Shown here: in pieces, positions 1 through 8,251 of the stretch
Layout of the letters: every line of letters begins with the position of its first letter
Numbering within the stretch: the stretch's first letter is position 1
NCBI GenBank assembly: GCA_040514195.1
Contig: JBEVDC010000141.1
Coordinates: forward strand, 1 to 34,548
Origin: Candidatus Limnocylindrales bacterium
GTDB taxonomy: Bacteria > Chloroflexota > Limnocylindria > Limnocylindrales > CSP1-4
Reading direction: 5' to 3'
DNA length: 34,548 bases
Translations under genes and position numbers: made by a program
Notes under the pieces: model-generated
Told to the model about the DNA's origin: nothing
What the model saw: the letters and a program-made list of their open reading frames with translations, nothing else
Databases searched by the model: none

Positions 1-1086
1 CTGCTGGCCTTCGGGACCATGCTGGCAGTGCTGCTCTTCACGTCCACGAGCCAGGTGCCGGGCGAGCTCGATTCGTTCTCGACCTCCATCGGCGGCTCCG
101 CTGATTGGTACGCCGAGGCGACCGCCGCCACGATCGCGGCCGGCATCGAGCTCAACCCGCCGTTCAGCCTGCTAGCCACGCTGCTTATCGCACCGATCGC
201 CTGGACGTCGCTGCAGTGGGCGACCTACAGCTCACAGCAGAACGGCGAGATCAAGGACGCGCGGTCGTTCCGCAGCCAGGCCTTCATCATCGTCGGCGCC
301 CTGGTCGTGACCGGCCTCCTGCTGGCCCTCCTGGCCTTCGCCCTCCAGCGATCGGTCGGGACCGAGTTCCTGTACGTAGCCGGAGCCGGCTACTGGTCCG
401 GTGTCACCGAGGCGACCATGGGCGGCTTCTGGCTGTGGCCGAACATCATCGCCATCGCGCTCTCGGCCAGCCCGATCATCACCCTCATCATCGGCGCCGG
501 GTTCATCCTCAACAGCCACCAGATCGTCCACAACTGCTACATCGGCATGACCCGGGTGATGGTCGCCATGTCTCTCGACCGCCTGCTCCCGGAGCTGGTC
601 AGCCGGGTCAGCGACCGATTCCACACCCCCGTCAATGCCCACGTCATCTACTTCCTGGCGAGCATCCCGGTCATCCTCCTCTACAACCTCTTCAGCTATG
701 GCGAGGGCGACAACGTGACGACGTGGACCTCACTGACGCTGGGCGTCACGTTCGCCTGCGGTTACGTCTTCGTGGCCACGGCACTGGCCGGTGCACTCCT
801 GCCGTTCCGCGCCAAGGGCGTTTACGAGGCTTCGCCGGGCTCCGCATTCCGCATCGGCGGGATCCCGGTCGTGACCATCGTTGGCATCCTCGGCTTCATC
901 GCCGGCTCGATCTTCCTGTGGCTCTTCCTGACCAACGAGCAGCTGGGCCTGACGAGCCAGCTCGCGTACACCGTGGTCGGCGGCATTCTCGTCTTCACCC
1001 TCCTCTGGTACATCGTGACCAAGATCGTCCGGCGCAACGCGGGCATCGACGTCGCCTATGCCTTCAAGGAGGTCCCGCCCGAGTGA
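1..1086 (+). CDS. APC-superfamily amino-acid/polyamine permease, C-terminal ~360 aa (5' end outside window)
   Basis: Frame 1 is open from base 1, so the Met at 19 in the ORF track is internal. The product is a series of hydrophobic helices with short loops and a basic C-tail (KIVRRNAGIDVAYAFKEVPPE), as in APC permeases. Third codon positions are almost all G/C. Overlapping ORFs in other frames are Arg/Pro/Gly-rich shadows. Confidence 0.65.
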   Translation: MLAFGTMLAVLLFTSTSQVPGELDSFSTSIGGSADWYAEATAATIAAGIELNPPFSLLATLLIAPIAWTSLQWATYSSQQNGEIKDARSFRSQAFIIVGALVVTGLLLALLAFALQRSVGTEFLYVAGAGYWSGVTEATMGGFWLWPNIIAIALSASPIITLIIGAGFILNSHQIVHNCYIGMTRVMVAMSLDRLLPELVSRVSDRFHTPVNAHVIYFLASIPVILLYNLFSYGEGDNVTTWTSLTLGVTFACGYVFVATALAGALLPFRAKGVYEASPGSAFRIGGIPVVTIVGILGFIAGSIFLWLFLTNEQLGLTSQLAYTVVGGILVFTLLWYIVTKIVRRNAGIDVAYAFKEVPPE

Positions 1087-1155
1087 GACGTCCGGCCGAG
1101 GGGCCGACTTCCACGTCCTGCATGGCCCGGGCGTCCGCGTCTGGGCCATCGCACG

Positions 1156-2061
1156 TCAGCCGTCTGCTGCCTCGCGCAGCCAGCGCTCGAAGTCGGGGCC
1201 GTTCAGGACGCCTGCCGCCCGTGCCCACCGTTCCTCCGCCCAGCCCCAGAAGTCGTAGTCGATCGAGGAAACCGCGGCCTGGATGGCGGCCCACAGGGTC
1301 CACCCGACGTCCGACATGATCATCTGCAGCCGCATGCGCGCCAGGTGCGCATCGGTCGCCTCGCCGAAGTAGGCGGCGCAGAGGGCCACGATGCGGGCAG
1401 CGTCCCAGCCGAGCTCCAGGCAGGTGTTGCCGAGCTCGAAGGTCGGGTCGTTGTTGCCGCTGTACTCGTAGTCGACGATCCGGATGCGCGTGCCGTCGTC
1501 GACGTAGTTCGCCGCGAGCAGGTCGTTGTTGCAAGGGACCGGCGGAAGCGCGTGCGCTGCCAGGACGGCCGCGATGTGCGGCAGGAGCGCCATGTGCTCT
1601 CGGTAGCCGTCGGGGATGCGGATCCTGCGCTCATCGACCACGCCGAGGTAGCGGTTCGAAAGGCGGACCATGTCGAAGTCGTCGCGGAACCGAGGTCCCG
1701 CATGGAGTCGGCGCAGCGCCGCCGCGATGCGTTCCGGCATGTCGGACTCCATGCAGCTCTCGTTGGAGAGCGTGCGACCAGGCAGCCACTCGAGGACCAT
1801 CACGTCCCAGGCCGGCAGGTGGTGAAGCACGCGCGGCCCGACGCCGGCAACGGCGGCGGCCCGGCTGTTGGCCAGCTCGTTGCCGCGGTCCACGGCGAGC
1901 AGGTCGGTGTCGGCGCCTGGGATGCGCACGAAGACCGGATCGCCATCGACCTCGACGCGATAGTTGCGGTTCGTCAGTCCGCCCGCGATCGCTTCGACGC
2001 TGACTCGACGGCCGGCCCATTCGGGGATGGCCGCGATGACCTCCTCGATCTCGATACCCAT
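1156..2061 (-). CDS. Aminoglycoside-phosphotransferase / choline-ethanolamine-kinase family phosphotransferase
   Basis: The homology-bearing part starts at ATG 2059-2061 (MGIEIEEVIAAIPEW...) with GGAGG 4 nt upstream. It carries the catalytic-loop motif 'PCNNDLLAANYV' and the metal-binding motif 'IRIVDYEYSGNNDPTFELGN' typical of APH/ChoK kinases. The 485-aa version in the ORF track runs antisense through the next gene and is not used. Confidence 0.75.
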   Translation of the reverse strand: MGIEIEEVIAAIPEWAGRRVSVEAIAGGLTNRNYRVEVDGDPVFVRIPGADTDLLAVDRGNELANSRAAAVAGVGPRVLHHLPAWDVMVLEWLPGRTLSNESCMESDMPERIAAALRRLHAGPRFRDDFDMVRLSNRYLGVVDERRIRIPDGYREHMALLPHIAAVLAAHALPPVPCNNDLLAANYVDDGTRIRIVDYEYSGNNDPTFELGNTCLELGWDAARIVALCAAYFGEATDAHLARMRLQMIMSDVGWTLWAAIQAAVSSIDYDFWGWAEERWARAAGVLNGPDFERWLREAADG

Positions 2062-2142
2062 GGCGCCTCCAGCCCGGAGGGTAGCGCAGGCCGTCGCCGA
2101 GGCGGGCACCCGCCGCGGTTCGCCGTGGCGTAGGCTTCCTGC

Positions 2143-2550
2143 ATGACCTTCCGCGAGGCCATGGAGACCGTCTCGCTCGCGTTCGAATTCGTGGGCGTGG
2201 CCGTCTTCGCCGTCGGGGCACTGGTGCTTGCCGTCCGGATCGTGGGCGGCTACCTCGGGGCTCGGCCGCGCGTGACGTACATCGGCGTACGGAACGAACT
2301 CGGGCGCATCATCCTGCTTGGCCTCGAGATCCTCATCATCGCCGACATCATCCAGACCATCACCGTCGACCTGACCCTCGAGAACGCGGCCACGCTCGGT
2401 GTCATCGTCCTCGTCCGGACCTTCCTGAGCTTCTCGCTCGAGGTCGAGCTGGAGGGGGCTCCGCCGTGGCGGCGACTGGAGCTGGCGCGGGCCGTCGGGG
2501 CGATCATGCCCGACCGACCGGAGGCGCATCCGCGCGACGACGCACCCTGA
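2143..2550 (+). CDS. DUF1622-family small membrane protein
   Basis: 135-aa product with predicted TM helices and the 'LLGLEILIIADIIQTITV' segment I recognise from DUF1622 proteins. It has an ATG start and is divergent from the kinase gene. Confidence 0.7.
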   Translation: MTFREAMETVSLAFEFVGVAVFAVGALVLAVRIVGGYLGARPRVTYIGVRNELGRIILLGLEILIIADIIQTITVDLTLENAATLGVIVLVRTFLSFSLEVELEGAPPWRRLELARAVGAIMPDRPEAHPRDDAP

Positions 2551-2910
2551 CCGGTCGGCGCCTGTGCGACGAGGCCCACAGAGCAGGGTCGCGCCGGTGG
2601 TGCCGAGAAGCACCGCCTAGTTGGTCGGTCTACGGGGCGGGCTCGAACGCCTGTGCTACGCTGCCCGTGTCGTGGTCGTGCCCGCTGTGCCCGCGTGCCG
2701 AGCCGCAACCGGATCATCGGCGCTGTCGACGCGTCGGTCCCGGTCGACGCGGAGCCGTACGTGACGTTCTCACATCTCAGGGCCAGCCTCCGTCCCCGTC
2801 TCGGGTTCACGCGGGCGAACGCTGGCAAGGCCGACACGCCCCAGGCCGCCAAGGTCCAGCCGGCCACGCCCGCCGAGGCCAGGGAGGCAACGCCCGGCGG
2901 TCAGAGTGCC

Positions 2911-3030
2911 TTCGGGCCGATCGTCACCCGCGCCGTGGCCACGGAACCGCCCCTGGTTGCCAGCCCTGGCTTCGGGCCGATCGTCACCCGCGCGGTGGCC
3001 ACGGAACGGCCCCCGGTCGCGAGCCCTGGC
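2911..3030. repeat. Tandem direct repeat, 2 x 60 bp, 55/60 identical
   Basis: Unit 1 is 2911-2970 and unit 2 is 2971-3030. Both begin ttcgggccgatcgtcacccgcgc and contain a gtggccac palindrome. The period is a multiple of 3 and the repeat is in frame with the downstream ftsE ORF. Confidence 0.9.
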
Positions 3031-3084
3031 GGGATCACTCCGACCAGCGCCGGCCGGTCGCGCACGCCAAGACCGGCCGTGGAC

Positions 3085-3795
3085 ATGGAGCTGCCCGATC
3101 TCAAACGCGTGGCGCTCGCGCTGCACGACGTGACCAAGGTCTACCCGACAGGCAAGCGCGCCCTGATCGAGGTCGACCTGATCATCCCGGAGGGCGACTT
3201 CGCCTTTCTCGTCGGCCCCTCGGGCGCCGGCAAGAGCACGCTCATGAAGCTGCTCATCCGCGACGAGCTGGCAACGACCGGCATGGTCATGCTGGGCGGC
3301 CAGGACCTTGCCCGCCTGAAGCGCCGTGACGTGCCACGGATGCGGCGCAAGATCGGCATCGTCTTCCAGGATTTCAAGCTCTTGCCCAGCAAGACCGTGC
3401 GCGAGAACGTGGCCTTCGCCCTCGAGGTCACCGGCACGCCGCGACGCGAGATCGGACCGGCGGTCGAACGGGTGCTCGCCCTCGTCGGCCTGACCGCGCA
3501 GGGCGAGCAGCGGCCGCACCAGCTCTCGGGCGGCGAGCAACAGCGCACCGCTATCGCCCGGGCCATGGTCCACGATCCGACCATCGTCATCGCCGACGAG
3601 CCCACCGGCAACCTCGACCCGCTCATCAGCTGGGAGATCATCCAGCTCCTGCTGCGCATCAACGAGTTGGGCACGACCGTGCTCATGGCGACGCACAACG
3701 CAGAGGTCGTGACCGCGCTCCGGCGCCGTGTCGTGGCGCTCGAGGAAGGTCGCATCGTGCGTGACGAGGTCGGCGGTTACCACCGTGAGTACTGA
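3085..3795 (+). CDS. ftsE: Cell-division ABC transporter ATP-binding protein FtsE
   Basis: Walker A 'GPSGAGKST', ABC signature 'LSGGEQQR', Walker B 'IVIADEPTGNLD' and H-loop 'ATHN' are present, and ftsX follows directly. The conservative start is ATG 3085, which has no SD. The same frame stays open and coding-like back to 2653, with an SD-preceded GTG at 2761 (see findings). Confidence 0.9.
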   Translation: MELPDLKRVALALHDVTKVYPTGKRALIEVDLIIPEGDFAFLVGPSGAGKSTLMKLLIRDELATTGMVMLGGQDLARLKRRDVPRMRRKIGIVFQDFKLLPSKTVRENVAFALEVTGTPRREIGPAVERVLALVGLTAQGEQRPHQLSGGEQQRTAIARAMVHDPTIVIADEPTGNLDPLISWEIIQLLLRINELGTTVLMATHNAEVVTALRRRVVALEEGRIVRDEVGGYHREY

Positions 3796-3798
3796 ACG

Positions 3799-4689
3799 GT
3801 GATCAGCTTCCTGGCCTTCTCCATCCGTCGCGCCTTCCAGGGCCTGTGGCGCAATCGCGTCATGAGCCTGGCGGCGACGGTGACCATGGTCCTCATGCTC
3901 GTCCTGCTGGCCGGCTTGTTGCTCGTCCTCTCTGGCCTCGAGGCCGGACTGCGGTTCGTGGAGTCGAAGGTCGAGGTCCAGGCCTTCATCAACGACGGTG
4001 TCTCGGTCGACCGGGTGCAGGAGCTGAAGTCCCAGGTCGAGGCACTGCCGGAAGTCGCCTCCGTCAGCTACCAGAGCAAGGCGGAGGCGCTCGAGGCGTG
4101 GCGTGCAGACCAGGCTGCACAGGGCCGGCCGGACCTGACCACCCTGACCGGTACCAACCCGATCCCGGCCAGCCTCAACGTCAAGCTGCGCGACCCGCGA
4201 CAGTACGGATCGGTGGTCGCGGTCCTCGAGGCTCCCAGAGGGCTGGTCTCCGAGGTGCTCGAGACACAGCGAGTGGTCGATGCCCTGGTAGCCATCACCG
4301 GCGTCCTCCGCACGATCGGACTGGGCATCGTGGTCATGGTCGGGTTGACCGTCCTCTTCATCGTCGTCAACACCATCCGCATGGCCGTCATGGCGCGGGC
4401 GGACGAGATCGAGATCATGCGCCTGGTGGGCGCCTCGGACGCGTTCATCCGCTGGCCATTCATCTTCGAGGGCCTCCTCGTCGGACTCATCGGGGCAGCC
4501 ATCACGCTCGGGATCCTGGGCGTCGCCGCGCCATCGATCAGCCAGCTCGGCACCACCATCCTGTCGGAGATCCCCATCGGCTTCGACCAGCAGCTCGGCC
4601 AGCAGCTGATCGTGGTCGTGGTCGGGGCGGGCGCCATGCTCGGCGGCCTGGGGGCCACCATCTCTGTCCGCAGCTACCTCATCAAGTAG
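3799..4689 (+). CDS. ftsX: Cell-division permease-like protein FtsX
   Basis: GTG start lies 3 nt after the ftsE stop. The N-terminal segment 'RRAFQGLWRNRVMSLAAT' and TM1 are followed by a ~100-aa extracytoplasmic domain and three C-terminal TM helices, the classic FtsX topology. Confidence 0.9.
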   Translation: MISFLAFSIRRAFQGLWRNRVMSLAATVTMVLMLVLLAGLLLVLSGLEAGLRFVESKVEVQAFINDGVSVDRVQELKSQVEALPEVASVSYQSKAEALEAWRADQAAQGRPDLTTLTGTNPIPASLNVKLRDPRQYGSVVAVLEAPRGLVSEVLETQRVVDALVAITGVLRTIGLGIVVMVGLTVLFIVVNTIRMAVMARADEIEIMRLVGASDAFIRWPFIFEGLLVGLIGAAITLGILGVAAPSISQLGTTILSEIPIGFDQQLGQQLIVVVVGAGAMLGGLGATISVRSYLIK

Positions 4690-4789
4690 GCATCCTCATC
4701 GAGTAGGCCTGGCGCTCTGAGGTGCAGGGGGCCGGACGCCTGGGACCCTGACGCCGGACCCGATCGGCAGATCCGGAGACCATCGACCG

Positions 4790-6163
4790 ATGACCGACCC
4801 GCGGACGCTCGAGGGGGGGACGACCGAGCCGACCGCGTCCGAGCCGGGTGCGCCCGGGGCGACCGCTCATGAGCCGACCGCGCCCGGGGCGACGCCAGAT
4901 GTCCCCGAGGGATCGCCAGATCCCAACGACCGACCGCCGACGAGCCGTCGGCTGACCACGATCGTGGCACTTGCGCTGGTCGGCGTCCTCGGTGGCGCGG
5001 CCCTCTTCGGCGCCGGCTTCCTCCTCGGCGACCAGCAGGCCCGGATGCCGGGGACACCCGACGATCGCGAGGCGTTGTTCGCCCCGTTCTGGGACGCCTA
5101 CGACGCCATCACCGGTCGGTTCGTGGGCCAGACCGACGGAAAGGCGCTGGTGGAGGGGGCCATCAGGGGGATGTTCGAAGCCATCGGCGACCCCTTCAGC
5201 GGGTACCTCACGTCGGACGAGTACAAGTCATCCATCTCGGGCATCTCCGGCAGTTTCGAGGGCATCGGCGCCGTGATGATGACCAGGGCGGAGCCCGGTG
5301 AGGAGGCGTGCGATCGTGCCGGCCCGACGTGCTACATCGTCGTCATCCGGACGCTTCCCGACGCGCCAGCGGCGCGCGCGGGCCTTCGCACGGACGACCG
5401 CATCGTGGCCATCGACGACGCTCCGGTGGACGGACTGACGATCGGCGAGACGATCGATCGAGTGCGCGGTCCGCGCGGCTCGACGGTCAGGCTCTCGATC
5501 GTACGCGGCCAGGCCGAGACCTTGGAGCTGGCCATCGTCCGCGACATCATCCAGACAGAGGTCGTGACCAGCGAGATCATGGTCGATGGCACGGTCGGCT
5601 ATATCCGGCTCGATGGCTTCTCTTCCTCTGCCGCCGACGACTTCCACGATCAGCTGGCGGCGCTGGTCGAAGCTGGCGCCCGGCGGATCGTCTTCGACCT
5701 GCGGGGGGACCCGGGCGGGTTCGTGGACGCAGCCGAGAAGATCGCCAGTGAGTTCATCGCCACGGGCCCCGTCTTCTGGGAGTCGTTCGCCGATGGCACG
5801 GAGCTTGCTCACCAGGCACTCCCCGGCGGCGTCGCCACGGACCCGGCGATCGAGGTCGTCGTGCTCGTCGATGGCGGCTCGGCGAGCGCCAGCGAGATCG
5901 TCGCCGGCGCCCTGCAGGACACCGGCCGGGCCCGCCTGGTCGGCGAGCAGACGTTCGGCAAAGACACGATCCAGCAATGGCAGACGTTGACCGACGACGC
6001 CGGCGGCTTTCGCCTCTCCGTGGCCAGGTGGCTGACACCGGACAAGCGCTCCATCCACGAGCTCGGCCTGACACCCGACGTGCCGGTCGATGTGCCCGCA
6101 GATGCCGAGTCGGATGTCGTGCTCGAGCGGGCTCTCGAGCTCCTCGGCGCCCCGGCGTCCTGA
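4790..6163 (+). CDS. S41-family carboxy-terminal processing protease (Ctp/Prc-like) with N-terminal membrane anchor
   Basis: Pro/Thr-rich N-terminus and one TM helix. There is a PDZ-like segment ('GLRTDDRIVAIDD'). The S41 catalytic block 'VLVDGGSASASEIVAGALQD' and the 'TFGKDTIQQ' Lys motif are present. The ftsEX-ctp arrangement is known from other Gram-positive-type genomes. Confidence 0.85.
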   Translation: MTDPRTLEGGTTEPTASEPGAPGATAHEPTAPGATPDVPEGSPDPNDRPPTSRRLTTIVALALVGVLGGAALFGAGFLLGDQQARMPGTPDDREALFAPFWDAYDAITGRFVGQTDGKALVEGAIRGMFEAIGDPFSGYLTSDEYKSSISGISGSFEGIGAVMMTRAEPGEEACDRAGPTCYIVVIRTLPDAPAARAGLRTDDRIVAIDDAPVDGLTIGETIDRVRGPRGSTVRLSIVRGQAETLELAIVRDIIQTEVVTSEIMVDGTVGYIRLDGFSSSAADDFHDQLAALVEAGARRIVFDLRGDPGGFVDAAEKIASEFIATGPVFWESFADGTELAHQALPGGVATDPAIEVVVLVDGGSASASEIVAGALQDTGRARLVGEQTFGKDTIQQWQTLTDDAGGFRLSVARWLTPDKRSIHELGLTPDVPVDVPADAESDVVLERALELLGAPAS

Positions 6164-6316
6164 CGAGCCGCTGCCCCTTGCGCAGAACCAGGGTCTCCGC
6201 TATCGTCCGCGCCAGACGAAAGGAGGTGATGTGCAGTGATCGACAGTCCCAAGCGCTGCACCACCTCGCGGGAGGCAACTGCCTGACCTAGACCCCGCAG
6301 GGTGGTACGCGTATTC

Positions 6317-6346
6317 GAACGCCGGTCCGGACACGGGCCGGCGTTC
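6317..6346 (+). terminator. GC-rich hairpin without U-tract downstream of the protease gene and micro-ORF
   Basis: gaacgccggtcc (6317-6328) pairs with gggccggcgttc (6335-6346): a 12-bp stem with one G:U pair and a 6-nt loop. No T-run follows, as is common in high-GC genomes. Confidence 0.4.
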
Positions 6347-6407
6347 GTGCGTCTGCCACTCGGCCGGCTGAACGCCTGTCACGAGACCGAACGACCGAAG
6401 GAACCTC

Positions 6408-6872
6408 ATGGGCGAGCACACCGTGGCCCTCAACCGGAAGGCCTACCACGAATACCACATCGAAGAGCACATCGAGGCGGGCATCGCCCTGACCGGCACG
6501 GAGATCAAGAGCATCCGGGCTGGCAAAGTCAGCTTGCAGGAGGCCTATGCCCGCATCGAACGCGGCGAGGCCTGGCTGATCGGCGTGACCATCGCCCCCT
6601 TCGCCGAGGGCAACCGTTACAACCACGAGCCCCGCCGCGACCGGAAGCTTCTCCTCCATCGTCGCGAGATCGACGAGCTACTCGGCCGCACGAAGTCCAA
6701 GGGCCTGACGCTCATCCCGCTGCGGCTCTTCATCGACGCCCGCGGGCGAGCCAAACTGGACCTCGGCCTTGCTCGGGGCAAGCAGCTCCACGACAAGCGG
6801 CGCGCGATCGCCGAGCGCGACGCCAAGCGCGACCTCGACCGCGAGCTCTCGGATGTGCGGCGGGGGCGCTGA
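6408..6872 (+). CDS. smpB: SsrA-binding protein SmpB
   Basis: Full-length match to the SmpB pattern ('NRKAYHEYHIEE..EAGIALTGTEIKSIR', 'RKLLLHRREIDEL', basic C-tail). The tmRNA gene lies directly downstream. Confidence 0.95.
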   Translation: MGEHTVALNRKAYHEYHIEEHIEAGIALTGTEIKSIRAGKVSLQEAYARIERGEAWLIGVTIAPFAEGNRYNHEPRRDRKLLLHRREIDELLGRTKSKGLTLIPLRLFIDARGRAKLDLGLARGKQLHDKRRAIAERDAKRDLDRELSDVRRGR

Positions 6873-6894
6873 CCGTCCGTCGACACTCCCGCGA

Positions 6895-6923
6895 TTGGCG
6901 CCGGGACGGTCTCATGCTACGAT
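6895..6923 (+). promoter_or_regulatory. Candidate sigma-70-type promoter for ssrA
   Basis: TTGGCG (6895-6900), a 17-nt spacer, then TACGAT (6918-6923). This lies ~34 nt upstream of the mature tmRNA 5' end, which would be compatible with a processed precursor. Pattern match only. Confidence 0.35.
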
Positions 6924-6956
6924 CTCGGTGTGCCTGGACCAAGGTCCTGGCCTTAT

Positions 6957-7331
6957 GGGGATGCGTGGTTTCGACAGGGCCGGATCCCCGGAGAATGCGA
7001 GCCGAGGTGCCGTCAGGCCTCGTTAAACCGGCGGCAAAACGAAGTAACTGGCAACCGCCAGCCTGCTCTCGCCCTCGCCGCTTAGGCGGTAAGGTGAGCG
7101 TGGAAGCAGCCTCCTCCCCGTGGGCTGTGGAAGCGTCATGCAGCGGGGATGCAGCTCCGGTGAGCGTCGCGTAACCGGAGACCAGGCCCGATCCAGGGGC
7201 ACGCGACTGGACCGGACGGCAGACTGCCGATGGCCGTCCGTCCGGTCGACGACAAAGCATCGGACACGCTCGTAGTACGTCTCCGGCTGATGGTTCTGGA
7301 CGGGGAGTTCGACCCTCCCCCATCTCCACCA
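6957..7331 (+). ncRNA. ssrA: tmRNA (transfer-messenger RNA), one-piece, ~375 nt
   Basis: The 5' end reads GGGGATGCGTGGTTTCGAC and the 3' end reads GGACGGGGAGTTCGACCCTCCCCCATCTCCACCA. The acceptor stem (6957-6963 with 7321-7327) has the G3:U wobble that is the alanine identity element. The T-arm is GGGAG-TTCGACC-CTCCC and the CCA is encoded. The internal tag frame ends GCC CTC GCC GCT TAG (..ALAA stop) at 7071-7085. Confidence 0.95.
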
Positions 7332-7342
7332 GAACTCACGCA

Positions 7343-7373
7343 GAAGCGGCGCTCTCCGCCAGAGCGCCGCTTC
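7343..7373 (+). terminator. Hairpin terminator after ssrA
   Basis: Perfect 13-bp inverted repeat, gaagcggcgctct (7343-7355) and agagcgccgcttc (7361-7373), with loop ccgcc. It starts 12 nt after the tmRNA CCA end. Confidence 0.7.
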
Positions 7374-7599
7374 GTCGTCTCCTCCCCGGGTCTCCATGGG
7401 CGCGCGTCTGGGGGTAGCTGCCCGGTCTTCGGCGTTGTGATACGGTCCGGTCCGTTTCATCGGCGCAAGCCCTCCGCGATTCGACCGGCCGGACTCCATG
7501 CGCCACGACTCGGCGCGCATCGGCGAGATCTGATCGAGCCGGTGCGACGTATCTTTGGCTGCTGGCCGCATGGTCGGTCGGACAGCGGAGGACGTTCTC

Positions 7600-8181
7600 G
7601 TGGTCGATGGAGCTCGGGTCTGGGGTCGGAGGTCGCTGTTGGCCTTGGCCGGCATCGCGTTGCTGGTCGTGGGCTGCGGGGCCGCGGGCGGGTCGCCCTC
7701 GGTCTCAGCGGCCGCCCCTGAGCCGACCGTCGCCGCAGAGAGCCCTTCGGCCGCCGCCCCCGTCGAGGTCGGCGTGGCGACCGACCCGACGCTCGGAGAG
7801 ATCCTCGTCGGCGAGGGCGGCAAGACGCTGTACGTCTTCACCAAGGACGCCGGCGGCAAAAGTGTCTGCAACGGTGACTGCGCCGCGGCCTGGCCGCCCT
7901 TCGTGCTCGGGGACGGAGTGGCACCGGTCGCAGGCGACGGCGTGACCGGCGTGCTGGCCACCATCGTTCGCGATGACGGTGCGATGCAGGTCACGTACGC
8001 CGGCGCGCCGCTCTACTACTACGCCGCGGACACCAAGGCCGGGGACGTGCTTGGCAACAAGGTCAACGGCGTCTGGTTCGTGGCTACGCCCTCGGGCGCG
8101 AGCGGGTCCGGCGCCTCGCCGACCCCTGGGGGCGACGAGTATTCGCGGGGTGGTGGCTCGAGCCCCACCGCCACGCCGTAG
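7600..8181 (+). CDS. Secreted lipoprotein with tandem COG4315-type repeats
   Basis: GGAGGA (7587-7592) lies 7 nt before GTG 7600. The signal peptide has the lipobox 'LLVVGC'. The segments 'GKTLYVFTKDAGGKSVCNGDCAAAWPP' and 'TYAGAPLYYYAADTKAGDVLGNKV' match the repeat seen in this lipoprotein family. The tail is Ser/Gly/Pro/Thr-rich. The ORF-track start at 7555 (TTG) is a possible alternative. Confidence 0.7.
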   Translation: MVDGARVWGRRSLLALAGIALLVVGCGAAGGSPSVSAAAPEPTVAAESPSAAAPVEVGVATDPTLGEILVGEGGKTLYVFTKDAGGKSVCNGDCAAAWPPFVLGDGVAPVAGDGVTGVLATIVRDDGAMQVTYAGAPLYYYAADTKAGDVLGNKVNGVWFVATPSGASGSGASPTPGGDEYSRGGGSSPTATP

Positions 8182-8251
8182 GGGGTGCTGGACGGGAGCA
8201 CGCGGAAAGGCCACCATCGCGTGGGGGCATCATCCGCAGAGCGGGAGCGCG

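Noticed and set aside
105-1319. 404-aa plus-strand ORF in frame 3 over the permease gene
   Set aside because: The Arg/Pro/His-rich product is out of frame with a clear multi-TM permease whose frame has the coding-type third-position bias.
2911-3030. The 60-bp tandem repeat as a CRISPR array or minisatellite
   Set aside because: There are only two directly abutting units with no spacers, and no cas genes are nearby. It is in frame with a coding-like ORF, so it is treated as a duplication rather than a CRISPR.
7023-7994. 323-aa minus-strand ORF, with several plus-strand ORFs (6302-7174, 7230-7721), overlapping the tmRNA gene
   Set aside because: They overlap a structurally validated tmRNA and its terminator. 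Their products are Pro/Ser/Thr/Arg-rich and lack motifs.
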